Source: Candidatus Eiseniibacteriota bacterium (GTDB lineage Bacteria; Acidobacteriota; Terriglobia; Terriglobales; Acidobacteriaceae). From it: a DNA stretch of 64,000 nt. Position numbers and translations under genes: made by a program. Positions within the stretch are counted from its first letter, which is position 1; every line of letters starts with the position of its first letter. The stretch lies in assembly GCA_035500795.1 (NCBI GenBank), contig DATJWZ010000660.1, positions 3,358 through 67,357 of the forward strand. The letters run 5' to 3'. Shown here in pieces: positions 1-9,282 of this stretch. Below the pieces are notes generated by a model. It made no database searches. It saw only the letters and a list, made by a program, of their open reading frames with translations, and was not told where the DNA came from.

Positions 1-8
1 AGGCTCGA

Positions 9-2501
9 ATGCGGTTATTCGTAGAGCACTCACCTACAGCAGTGGCCTTGTTCGATCGCGAGATGCGGTACATCCAGGCCAGTCGGCGGTGGCTGAACGA
101 TTATGGGCTGGCGAATCGTGACCTGTACGGTCTTTCTCACTACGAGGTTTTCCCGGAAATTTCCGAACAGTGGAAGGGCGCACATCAGCGGGGACTTGCG
201 GGAGAAATAGTGCAAGAAGATGGGGATCGCTTTAACCGCGCGGACGGAAGTGTGCAATTCCTGAGGTGGCAAATACATCCCTGGTACGAGGCAAACGGGC
301 AAATCGGTGGGATAGCAATCTTCACGGAGGATATTACTGCGCGGAAAGAAGCTGAGACTGCCTTGCGCAGCTCAGAACAGAGGTACAGGACGCTATTCGA
401 GAAGAACATCGCAGGAGTGGCGACTTCTGATGCAGATGGGCTAATTCTGGATTGTAACGATGCGTGGGCACAGATGCTCGGTTACGACTGCGCGGATGAG
501 ATTCGGGGGCGGCATGCCTCGGAATTCTATCTCGACATAAATGATCGCGCTCGGCTGCTTGATGAAATGAAACGACAGGGGACCTTCTACTCGCAGGAAA
601 TGCAACTGCGTCGAAAGGACGGATTATCGGTCTGGGTGCTGTTTAACTCGATCGTGCGCACGGCAGAAGACGGGTCCATAATTCGGCAGGCAACGGCGAT
701 TGATATTACGAACCGAAGGAGAGCCGAGGAAGCGCGGCGCAGTTCGGAACAACGATATCGGACGCTTTTTGAAAAGTCTGTAGCAGCGGTGGGCATCATC
801 CGCCTCGATGGGGAGATTATCGACTGCAATGATGCATGGGCTCGGATATTTGGTTATGCCAAAGCATCGGAATGCCAAGGAAGCAATGTAGATAAATACT
901 ATCCCGATCCTAAGACGCGTGAATCATTACTGGATGAGCTGCAAAAGAGTGGAGCATTTGTCAATCGGGAGTTGGAGCTTCGACGGAAGGATGGAGCTCC
1001 GCTATGGGTACTGCTGAACAGCGCGTTGTTTCGGGACGGGGATGGCGAGCCGATTATTCAATCGACGGCGTTCGATATCACGGATCATAAACAAGCAGAA
1101 GAGGCCGTGCACCGAAATGAAGAACGTTTTCGTGTCGCACTCGAGGACTCACCGATCACCGTCTTCAATCAGGACCGCGATCTTCGATACACGTGGATCT
1201 ACAACCCTCAAGTGTACCTGGAGCATGATGCGCTCGGTAAGACTGATCTGGAGATCCTCGGACCGAAGAAAGCAGCGCCACTGTCAGAACTGAAGAAACA
1301 GGTTCTGAAGACCGGGATTGCAGTTCGTAAAGACGTTGCACTTCCGCAGAATGGACGAAATTATGTTTTTGATATGACTGTCGAGCCGTTATTCGATGAG
1401 AAGCGGGAGATCGTTGGAATTACGGGCGCTTCTATCGACATCGCCCGGCTGCGAGAACTGGCGGATCAACTTCAGGAATCCACAGAACGGCTGACGCGAG
1501 AAAAATCATATTTGAAGAGCGAAATCGAGACAGAGCTGGGGTTCGAAGAAATCATCGGACAGAGCGCATGCCTGCACGAAGTATTGAAGAAAGCCCGGGT
1601 GGTCGCACCCACAGACTCGACTGTGCTGCTGCTGGGAGAAACGGGAACTGGCAAAGAGTTGGTGGCTCGTTCGGTGCATGACCTGAGCACACGGCGCGAA
1701 AACACATTTGTGAAGTTGAATTGTGCGGCAGTTCCGTCGGGGCTGCTGGAAAGTGAGCTGTTTGGGCACGAGAAAGGGGCTTTTACCGGTGCGGTAAGTC
1801 AGAAGGTGGGGCGGATCGAGTTAGCGCACAAAGGGACGCTGTTCCTGGACGAGATCGGAGAGATGCCTCTGGAGTTGCAACCGAAACTTCTGCGCGTGCT
1901 TCAGGATCGCGAATTTGAACGGCTAGGGGGAGTTAAGACTTTGCATGTCGATGTGCGTATCATCGCGGCCACGAATCGCGACCTGCGTCAGGATGTGCTT
2001 GACAAGAAGTTCCGTGAAGACTTGTTCTATCGATTGAATGTATTCCCAATCGAACTGCCTCCCTTGCGAAATCGGAAGGAGGACATCCCGCTGCTCGTGT
2101 ATCACTTTATTTACAAACATACATTGAAAATGGGCAAGCAAATCGACGAAGTTCCGAATGAGGTGATGCGGATTCTATGCAGGTGGAACTGGCCTGGGAA
2201 CATTCGCGAGCTTGAGAACCTGATCGAGCGCATGGTCATCATGACGAAAGGGAAGACGCTGGCGGCTCCTCCGGCCGATATTCAGCACGAAGAAGATTTC
2301 GCCGAAGATGACCTAGTCGAGATGGAGAGGGAACACATCATTCGGATTCTGCGCCAAACGCACGGAGTGCTTTCGGGGTCGGAAGGTGCAGCGAGCAGGC
2401 TTGGACTAAAACGGACTACTCTGCAGTCGATGATGAAGCGGCTCGGAATTGAGCCGGGTGAATATCGTGGATGGGGAAGCGGGACGTTCGGAAAAGAATG
2501 A
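9..2501 (+). CDS. Sigma-54-dependent transcriptional activator with about four N-terminal PAS modules
   Basis: 830-aa ORF. Repeated PAS-type modules ([12 protein letters not shown] occurs twice; [12 protein letters not shown]). AAA+ core with Walker A GETGTGKE and the sigma-54 contact loop GAFTGA (HEKGAFTGA). C-terminal Fis-type HTH ([21 protein letters not shown]). The frame is open back to base 3, so the N-terminus may lie outside the window. Confidence 0.9.
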   Translation: MRLFVEHSPTAVALFDREMRYIQASRRWLNDYGLANRDLYGLSHYEVFPEISEQWKGAHQRGLAGEIVQEDGDRFNRADGSVQFLRWQIHPWYEANGQIGGIAIFTEDITARKEAETALRSSEQRYRTLFEKNIAGVATSDADGLILDCNDAWAQMLGYDCADEIRGRHASEFYLDINDRARLLDEMKRQGTFYSQEMQLRRKDGLSVWVLFNSIVRTAEDGSIIRQATAIDITNRRRAEEARRSSEQRYRTLFEKSVAAVGIIRLDGEIIDCNDAWARIFGYAKASECQGSNVDKYYPDPKTRESLLDELQKSGAFVNRELELRRKDGAPLWVLLNSALFRDGDGEPIIQSTAFDITDHKQAEEAVHRNEERFRVALEDSPITVFNQDRDLRYTWIYNPQVYLEHDALGKTDLEILGPKKAAPLSELKKQVLKTGIAVRKDVALPQNGRNYVFDMTVEPLFDEKREIVGITGASIDIARLRELADQLQESTERLTREKSYLKSEIETELGFEEIIGQSACLHEVLKKARVVAPTDSTVLLLGETGTGKELVARSVHDLSTRRENTFVKLNCAAVPSGLLESELFGHEKGAFTGAVSQKVGRIELAHKGTLFLDEIGEMPLELQPKLLRVLQDREFERLGGVKTLHVDVRIIAATNRDLRQDVLDKKFREDLFYRLNVFPIELPPLRNRKEDIPLLVYHFIYKHTLKMGKQIDEVPNEVMRILCRWNWPGNIRELENLIERMVIMTKGKTLAAPPADIQHEEDFAEDDLVEMEREHIIRILRQTHGVLSGSEGAASRLGLKRTTLQSMMKRLGIEPGEYRGWGSGTFGKE

Positions 2502-2518
2502 CTCCCGCGAGTCCGGTT

Positions 2519-3679
2519 TCATTTCACCAAGCGATTATGATTCTTGAGAACCTGACGAAGCCTGTCATGAGGTAATGCGATCACGGTATGACCGTTGATT
2601 CCCGTCATGGTGTCGGCGGCGACCATCGCATTGATTACAGCCTCTTCTGTGGCCTGAACTGTCGCCAGGAAGACGGGATCGAGGGAATCGTTGGGGAGCA
2701 TGGTGAGCCGGTGTATGCCTTTGCTGCCGACCGCACCAGGATTCGCAGTGGAGAATGCGATGAAGATGTCACCGGAGCCATCGCCGGAGTAGCTTCCATC
2801 GCGCCCAAGGCCGAGAGATACCTTCTTCGCAATCCGTTTCAACTGAGTTGGGATCAAGGGCGCATCGGTTGCGACCACAACGATGATTGAGCCGACATCA
2901 CGCTGCCAGACCGTGTGCTCGGGAATTTCGCGGCCGACGTTGATTCCGGCGATACGAAGTTGGTCGCGCGATCCATAGTTGCATTGGACGAGGACGCCGA
3001 TCGTATATCCACCATCCTTTGTGTCGAGAACGCGAGAGCTGGTGCCGATACCGCCTTTAAATTCGTTACAAATCATGCCCGTGCCGCCGCCGACGTTGCC
3101 TTCTTCTACCGGCCCTGAGTGCGCGACGTCGAGTGCGTGCCAGGCATCTTCGGGTTTCACATGGAATCCGTTGATGTCATTGAGATGGCCGTCCCAGGTT
3201 TCGGCGACTACCGGCAGGGACCACCAGTAACCTTCCATATCAGGCGAGCCATGTTTTACTTTCCAGGAGATGACCGCGTCGCGCACCACTCCGACGCTAT
3301 GCGTGTTAGTGATCATGACGGGACCGTTGAGGAATCCGGAATCGTCGACCCAGGTGGTACCGGTCATTTCGCCATTGCCGTTCAGTGTGAACCAGGCAGC
3401 GAACACGGCGTCGTCACTGGTCTTGCCGCGGGGATGAATGGCGGTGACTCCAGTGCGAACAGGGCCTTTGCCAACCTCGAGCTTGCCTTCTCCGGAGATG
3501 AGCGTGGTATGTCCCACCTCGACGCCCTTAACGTCAGTGATGGCATTGTTGGGTCCGGGTGTGCCATCGAAAGGAACTCCGAGGTCACGAGCTCTGGGCT
3601 TCGTCTGAGCAGACAGAGTGAGGATCAAAGAGCCTACGACAACACTCAGGAACAGTCCGCGAACGTACAAGCGAGACAT
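2519..3679 (-). CDS. DmpA / peptidase S58 (P1) family aminopeptidase, secreted
   Basis: 386-aa ORF with an N-terminal signal-like segment (LFLSVVVGSLILTLSAQ). Family-typical blocks NAITDVKGVEVGHTT and GGTGMICNEFKGGIGTSS. Recognised at family level only. Confidence 0.75.
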   Translation of the reverse strand: MSRLYVRGLFLSVVVGSLILTLSAQTKPRARDLGVPFDGTPGPNNAITDVKGVEVGHTTLISGEGKLEVGKGPVRTGVTAIHPRGKTSDDAVFAAWFTLNGNGEMTGTTWVDDSGFLNGPVMITNTHSVGVVRDAVISWKVKHGSPDMEGYWWSLPVVAETWDGHLNDINGFHVKPEDAWHALDVAHSGPVEEGNVGGGTGMICNEFKGGIGTSSRVLDTKDGGYTIGVLVQCNYGSRDQLRIAGINVGREIPEHTVWQRDVGSIIVVVATDAPLIPTQLKRIAKKVSLGLGRDGSYSGDGSGDIFIAFSTANPGAVGSKGIHRLTMLPNDSLDPVFLATVQATEEAVINAMVAADTMTGINGHTVIALPHDRLRQVLKNHNRLVK

Positions 3680-3850
3680 AAGGCCTCCAGCAGAACAGGC
3701 AGTATAAAGGATTGGGAGCGCATTGCCGCGGCTGGGAGATCAAGTTTGCCACTGGATGAAGGGTCTCTGTACGGATTGCGCGGTTTGGCTGCATCTTCTG
3801 GGGAGTACAATCGCATCAAAGCTGCGTCATAGGAGAGAAAGGGAGAGAAC

Positions 3851-4129
3851 ATGGATAGCTGGAAGAAGGCTGTAGTGATGGGGTCCATAGGAGCGGCGGC
3901 CCTACTTTTCCTGAAGAAAAGGTATCCCGCGGGTGTGCTGGCGACCGGTGTGGGACTGGCAGTGCTGGCGTCGGAATATCCGGATAAATTTGAGAAAGTC
4001 CGGCGCTCGTTGCCGGAGTATTTTGATCGGGGGATGCAAGTGATGGAAATGGCCGCCAAAGCCGGGAAGCGGATTACGGAAGCAGCCGGAAACAGCGGAA
4101 TCGATTTCCTGGAAGAGTTTGGCGCATAA
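3851..4129 (+). CDS. Small hypothetical membrane protein
   Basis: 92-aa ORF preceded by a purine-rich SD (GGAGAGAAAGGGAGAGAAC ATG). Two hydrophobic segments. No family recognised. Confidence 0.45.
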   Translation: MDSWKKAVVMGSIGAAALLFLKKRYPAGVLATGVGLAVLASEYPDKFEKVRRSLPEYFDRGMQVMEMAAKAGKRITEAAGNSGIDFLEEFGA

Positions 4130-4135
4130 AGCCAG

Positions 4136-4154
4136 GCGCGGTGGTGCTCCGCGC
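4136..4154. terminator. GC hairpin between convergent genes (candidate bidirectional terminator)
   Basis: GCGCGG-tggtgct-CCGCGC, a perfect 6-bp stem, lies in the 31-nt gap between the stops of the 3851..4129 (+) and 4161..4493 (-) ORFs. No clear U-tract. Confidence 0.4.
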
Positions 4155-4160
4155 AAGACT

Positions 4161-4493
4161 CTATTCAATCCCCAACTGCTTGCGAGCTTCCGGGCTGAGC
4201 CGTTCGGGAGTCCAGGGCGGAGTCCAGATGACATTCACGGCAGCGTTCCGAATACCGGGCAGCTGCTCAAGACGCGATTTCACCTGCATGCTGATATTGA
4301 CATGCTCAGGACAGCCTTGAGCTGTAAGAGTCATGTCGACGGAGACATCCTGCTTGTCATCGGGCGCCGCAGCAAAGTTTACGTTGTAGATGAGGCCGAG
4401 ATCCACGATGTTAACCGGGATCTCGGGATCGTAGCAGCTCTTTAAAGCGCTGAGTACGTCTTGTTCAGTGACCGGCATCGGAAAAGGCTCCAT
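4161..4493 (-). CDS. DUF59 / MIP18-family Fe-S cluster assembly protein (SufT-like)
   Basis: 110 aa. Typical DUF59 N-terminus (TEQDVLSALKSCYDPEIPVNIVDLGLIY) and TLTAQGCP motif. Confidence 0.75.
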   Translation of the reverse strand: MEPFPMPVTEQDVLSALKSCYDPEIPVNIVDLGLIYNVNFAAAPDDKQDVSVDMTLTAQGCPEHVNISMQVKSRLEQLPGIRNAAVNVIWTPPWTPERLSPEARKQLGIE

Positions 4494-4529
4494 CTCCAGT
4501 TTACAACGGGTTGTTCATCGTACCCACTT

Positions 4530-5261
4530 ATGACGAGAGAAACCAGACGACGGATTCAATTTGCACTGTTGCTGGCCTTCGTAGTTGCGACCGCACGATC
4601 CGGATACATCTTTTATCAAAGGCATCAGGACCGGCTAGCGGTGGAGCGGCAGAAAAAAGCGAGAGAAGTGGGATATGCGAATCCTGACTATTACGTCAGC
4701 CCCAAGAAGTTGTATCCCTACGACCTGGAGACCGCAAAACAGCTGACGCAGCAACCGGTGTGGGTGAAAGAGGGATATCGGTACGTCTATTATCCTTATA
4801 CGACGACCAACAAACGTGTGGATTTTGGGCATGACAAGGACACGTTAGGTCCGATTGAAAAACTATCGATCAAAGATGTAGTTACGGCCGCAAACCGGGT
4901 GCAAGGGCAGCCGACACAAGTTGTCGCCGTGTTTGAAAAAGAGGGAAAGAGCTACGCTGTTCCGATTGGCTATGAGGCAAGTGGCGAGTACAAGATTTAT
5001 TCCGACGAGATGTTCTTCATCGAAGATCCGCATGAACTCTACAAGCACTGGCCCACTGATGTGTGGGACGCGGTGGAGCGGCATGAAGTGAAACCGGGCA
5101 TGAACGAGATGCAGGCTGATTTTGCGATTGGCATGGGCGTGCCTGATGCAGGCGATACATCTTACGAGAAGACGGTCCGATACCCCAATGGTGGGAAGCC
5201 GCTCGTGGTTGTGTATCACGATGGAAAGGCAAGTGAAATCAAGCCGGGGATGCCGAGCTGA
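4530..5261 (+). CDS. Hypothetical membrane-anchored protein
   Basis: The ORF track starts at 4461. The ATG at 4530 (MTRETRRRIQFALLLAFVVATA) gives a basic N-terminus plus one TM and avoids overlap with the divergent DUF59 gene. The C-terminal KPGMNEMQADFAIGMG resembles the SmpA/OmlA (BamE-like) motif. Confidence 0.5.
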   Translation: MTRETRRRIQFALLLAFVVATARSGYIFYQRHQDRLAVERQKKAREVGYANPDYYVSPKKLYPYDLETAKQLTQQPVWVKEGYRYVYYPYTTTNKRVDFGHDKDTLGPIEKLSIKDVVTAANRVQGQPTQVVAVFEKEGKSYAVPIGYEASGEYKIYSDEMFFIEDPHELYKHWPTDVWDAVERHEVKPGMNEMQADFAIGMGVPDAGDTSYEKTVRYPNGGKPLVVVYHDGKASEIKPGMPS

Positions 5262-5414
5262 AGATTGCGTAGCACTTGTCCAGCGTCTTTGATTCGGCAA
5301 GCGTGTTAATCGGGCTCTGGATTTTGCAGAGGCGTTTGCCTCTAATTCTTCCCAAGCTTATGTTTGAATAGATCGCGGAGAGAGCGCTCCTCGCGCCGCG
5401 TCAGAGACCATTTT

Positions 5415-6659
5415 ATGAACGTGCTCGTCGTGAATTCCGGCAGTTCCAGCCTAAAGTTTCAGATAATCGCCACTGATCTGGAGGAGATCAAGAAAGAAGA
5501 GGATGACCGAATTCTGCGCGGCGAAGTGGAAGGCATTGGTGGCGAAGCGATCGTTAAGGTGCGATATCGCAAGGAGCAGCCGCGAACGATGACTGCACCG
5601 TTGCGCGATGTGGCGGCTGCGCTCGACTACGTTCTGAGATACATCGCATCGGATCGTTCGGGCGTGAGTGAGATCAAGAATACAGGGGACGTACACGCGG
5701 TGGGACATCGCGTAGTCCATGGCGGAGAGTTGTTCAAGGAATCGACGCTGATCGATGAACGAGTGATTAAGGGCATCGAAGACTGCATCGACCTCGCGCC
5801 ACTGCACAATCCGAACAACCTCAAAGGAATCACGGCGGCGTACGATCTGTTTGGTAAGGGAGTGCCTCAGGTGGCTGTGTTCGACACATCATTCCATCAT
5901 TCCATTCCAGATCAGGCGTACCTATATGCCGTGCCTTACCATTTGTATCGCCGGTACCGCATACGGCGATACGGGTTTCACGGGACGTCGCACCGTTATG
6001 TTGCTTTTCGCTATCGGGCGCTGCGGGGACTCGCTCGCGAGCAGACGAACATCATCACTCTGCATTTAGGGAATGGATGTTCTGCGGCGGCAATCAAGAA
6101 TGGCGCGTCGATCGATACCTCGATGGGAATGACGCCTTTGGAAGGATTGGTAATGGGAACGCGTTCGGGCGATCTGGATCCGGCGATTGTGGGAGTTATT
6201 GCCCGCAAGGAAGCGATCTCGGCCTCGGAAGTGGATACGCTGCTGAATACGCAGTCCGGGTTGCTCGGGCTCTCTGGGCTCACGAATGACATGCGTGAGC
6301 TGCAGGCGGAACTGAAGGAGCACGACGATCGGCGAGTGCGGCTCGCGATCGAGATCTTTTGTTATCGGGCGCGGAAATATATCGGAGCATTCCTGGCTGC
6401 GATGGGCGGGGCTGATGCTGTGGTGTTTACCGGTGGGATAGGGGAGAATTCGCCGGACGTTCGCGAGCGTATCTGCTCAGAGATGGAATGGGCGGGGCTT
6501 CGCATCGATGCGGCGAAGAATCAGGAGATGGTTGGGCGCGAGGGGATCGTTAGTACACAGGATTCGAAGTTACTCGCTTACGCGATCCCAACGGATGAGG
6601 AACTGTTGATTGCGCGCGATACCGTGCGTGTGATTAAGGGCGTGCCGCACCCCTCGTAG
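5415..6659 (+). CDS. ackA: Acetate kinase
   Basis: Canonical N-terminus MNVLVVNSGSSSLKFQ at the ATG at 5415 (the track start 5364 is a TTG extension). Family blocks HRVVHGG, FDTSFH, GFHGTSH and TLHLGNG. Confidence 0.93.
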   Translation: MNVLVVNSGSSSLKFQIIATDLEEIKKEEDDRILRGEVEGIGGEAIVKVRYRKEQPRTMTAPLRDVAAALDYVLRYIASDRSGVSEIKNTGDVHAVGHRVVHGGELFKESTLIDERVIKGIEDCIDLAPLHNPNNLKGITAAYDLFGKGVPQVAVFDTSFHHSIPDQAYLYAVPYHLYRRYRIRRYGFHGTSHRYVAFRYRALRGLAREQTNIITLHLGNGCSAAAIKNGASIDTSMGMTPLEGLVMGTRSGDLDPAIVGVIARKEAISASEVDTLLNTQSGLLGLSGLTNDMRELQAELKEHDDRRVRLAIEIFCYRARKYIGAFLAAMGGADAVVFTGGIGENSPDVRERICSEMEWAGLRIDAAKNQEMVGREGIVSTQDSKLLAYAIPTDEELLIARDTVRVIKGVPHPS

Positions 6660-6695
6660 GGACCATTCCCTGTCAGCATTCTTGTCGACCCAAGT

Positions 6696-6716
6696 GGGCG
6701 GGCGAAACGCCCGCCC
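6696..6716. terminator. Strong GC hairpin between convergent ackA and phosphoketolase genes
   Basis: GGGCGGGCG-aaa-CGCCCGCCC, a perfect 9-bp stem with a 3-nt loop, lies in the 85-nt gap between the two stop codons. No U-tract on either side. Confidence 0.5.
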
Positions 6717-6744
6717 AACAGCTGCCGAGTCGGCGGCACTACTG

Positions 6745-9183
6745 TTAATACGGCCAAGTCCAGTCTGTGGCTTCCGGCATATCAATCCCGTATTGGTGAG
6801 CGTAGTTGCGGCATTCGATTTGCTGGTTCAGGAAACGTTCCTTGGCGTGGCCGCCGATTCTCTGCAGCCTCGGAACACGATCGACAACATCCATCGCGAG
6901 GCTGAAGCGGTCGATATTGTTTTCGATCGCAAGTTCTAGCGGCGTGTTAATGCTGCCTTTCTCTTTGTATCCGCGAACATGAATGTTGTGGTGATTGGTG
7001 CGCCGATACGCAAGACGATGAATGAGCTGCGGATATCCGTGGAAGTTGAACAGCACGGGCTTATCGGTCGTGAATAAGGAATCGAAGTCGCGATCGGAGA
7101 GGCCGTGAGGATGTTCGCTGTTGGGTTGCAATTTGAAGAGATCAATTACGTTGATGAAGCGAATCTTCAGGTCGGGGAATTCGCGACGGAGGAGGTCCGT
7201 AGCTGCCAGGGCCTCTTGCGTGGGGATATCGCCGGCCGAGGCCATCACAACATCGGGTTCCCCAGCCTCGTCGTTGCTGGCCCAATCCCAAATGCCAATG
7301 CCCTTGGTGCAGTGAATGATGGCCGCGTCCATGCTCATGTATTGCAAATGCTTTTGCTTATCGCAAACGATGACGTTGACGTAGTTCTCGCTGCGCAGGC
7401 AGTGATCGGCTACCGAGAGCAGGCAGTTCACATCAGGAGGCATGTAGATGCGGGTAACATTTGCGCTCTTGTTGACCACAACGTCGAGGAAGCCCGGATC
7501 CTGGTGCGTGAAGCCATTATGATCTTGCCGCCAAACTGTTGAGGTGATCAGGAGATTCAAAGATGCAATGGCCTGGCGCCAGGTAAGGTGATTGCAGATC
7601 TCAAGCCACTTGGCGTGCTGGTTGAACATGGAGTCGATGACGTGAATGAACGACTCGTACGACGATAGGAAGCCGTGGCGACCCGTTAGGAGATAGCCTT
7701 CGAGCATGCCTTCCATGGTGTGTTCGCTGAGCATTTCAATCACACGACCGTCTACTGAGAGGTTTCCCCCGTCGCTGTCTTCCGGGAATCGATCTTCGAT
7801 CCAGAACTTCTTGGTGACGCTGTAGAGTGCGTCCAGCTTATTGGAACTGGTTTCGTCCGGACCAAAAACACGGAAGTTCGCAGCATTTCTCTTCATGATT
7901 TCCGCGAGGAATGCCCCGAGGGGGCGGGTGTTCTCAGTTTGAGTTGTGCCCGGCTTGTCGACCTTCGCGGCATAGTCCCGGAAATCCGGCAGACGAAGGG
8001 CTTTCTTCAAACGCCCTCCATTCGCGTGCGGGTTGGCGCTCATGCGGCGATCGCCGGTGGGCGACAGCTCACGGAATACTGGGGCCAAATGGCCCTTGCC
8101 ATCGAAGAACGAATCGGGCATTTGCGAGTGCATCCACTTCTCCAGGATGCGAAGCTGATCGGCATTGGATTTGACAGCAGGAAGCGGAACCTGATGAGCT
8201 CGCCAGAAACCTTCGAGGTAGTGACCCTCCATTTGTCGAGGAGCAGTCCATCCCTTGGGAGAGCGCAAAACGATCATGGGCCACCGCGGACGGGTCAGAG
8301 CGCCGCGGTCTCTGGCCTCACGGCGGTGCTCCCGAATCTCATGCACGCATTGTTCGACGGTAGCAGCCATGGCCTGATGCATGGTGTCGGGGTCGGATCC
8401 TTCAACGAAATAGGGCGTCCAGCCGTATCCGCGGAAAAAATTCTCCAATTCTTCATGCGAGATTCGAGCCAGTAGGGTCGGATTGTCGATCTTGTATCCG
8501 TTGAGATGAAGGATGGGTAGAACAGCGCCATCGCGCGCGGGATTAAGGAATTTATTGACGTGCCAAGAAGTCGCGAGCGGCCCGGTTTCAGATTCGCCGT
8601 CGCCAACAACCGCAGCAACTATCAGTTCCGGATTGTCGAAAGCGGCACCACACGCGTGCGATAGGACATAACCGAGCTCTCCGCCTTCGTGAATCGAGCC
8701 GGGAGTCTCGGGCGTGCAGTGACTGCCAATTCCGCCGGGGAAGGAGAACTGGCGAAAGAACTCGCGTAAGCCGTCTACGTCAAGACTCTTCTCAGGATAA
8801 ATTTCCGAATAGGTGCCCTCGAGATATGTGGGGCCGAGGACGCCGGGCGCTCCGTGGCCGGGTCCAGCAAGAAAGATCATGTCGAGATCGTATTTTTTGA
8901 TGAGTCGATTCAGATGGACGTAAATGAAAGAAAGTCCTGGGCTCGATCCCCAATGGCCGAGCAGCCGATTCTTAATGTGCTCCGGCTTCAGCGGTTCTTC
9001 GAGCAGGGGGTTTTCGCGCAGAAAAATCATGCCAAGGCTGAGATAGTTGCAAGCTCGCCAGTAGGTTTCGATATTGCGCAGTTCTTCCGCATTGAGCGGT
9101 TTGCCATCTACGGTGGATCGCGTGGGAGCGTAGGGTGTGAGTTCCTGAATTTCGGCGGAGGGGCTGGCTTCAATCGTGCTCAT
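6745..9183 (-). CDS. xfp: Xylulose-5-P / fructose-6-P phosphoketolase
   Basis: 812 aa. Typical phosphoketolase N-terminus ([28 protein letters not shown]) and blocks [19 protein letters not shown] and EGGELGY. The length fits the family. Confidence 0.95.
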   Translation of the reverse strand: MSTIEASPSAEIQELTPYAPTRSTVDGKPLNAEELRNIETYWRACNYLSLGMIFLRENPLLEEPLKPEHIKNRLLGHWGSSPGLSFIYVHLNRLIKKYDLDMIFLAGPGHGAPGVLGPTYLEGTYSEIYPEKSLDVDGLREFFRQFSFPGGIGSHCTPETPGSIHEGGELGYVLSHACGAAFDNPELIVAAVVGDGESETGPLATSWHVNKFLNPARDGAVLPILHLNGYKIDNPTLLARISHEELENFFRGYGWTPYFVEGSDPDTMHQAMAATVEQCVHEIREHRREARDRGALTRPRWPMIVLRSPKGWTAPRQMEGHYLEGFWRAHQVPLPAVKSNADQLRILEKWMHSQMPDSFFDGKGHLAPVFRELSPTGDRRMSANPHANGGRLKKALRLPDFRDYAAKVDKPGTTQTENTRPLGAFLAEIMKRNAANFRVFGPDETSSNKLDALYSVTKKFWIEDRFPEDSDGGNLSVDGRVIEMLSEHTMEGMLEGYLLTGRHGFLSSYESFIHVIDSMFNQHAKWLEICNHLTWRQAIASLNLLITSTVWRQDHNGFTHQDPGFLDVVVNKSANVTRIYMPPDVNCLLSVADHCLRSENYVNVIVCDKQKHLQYMSMDAAIIHCTKGIGIWDWASNDEAGEPDVVMASAGDIPTQEALAATDLLRREFPDLKIRFINVIDLFKLQPNSEHPHGLSDRDFDSLFTTDKPVLFNFHGYPQLIHRLAYRRTNHHNIHVRGYKEKGSINTPLELAIENNIDRFSLAMDVVDRVPRLQRIGGHAKERFLNQQIECRNYAHQYGIDMPEATDWTWPY

Positions 9184-9282
9184 AAGACACTCCTTCCGGA
9201 TAGCCTAGTCCTTGGGCTTAGCGCTGACAACCGTGGAAAATGACAGTCGCAATTTTAGTGGTTAGTTTGAGAACCTGCGAAT

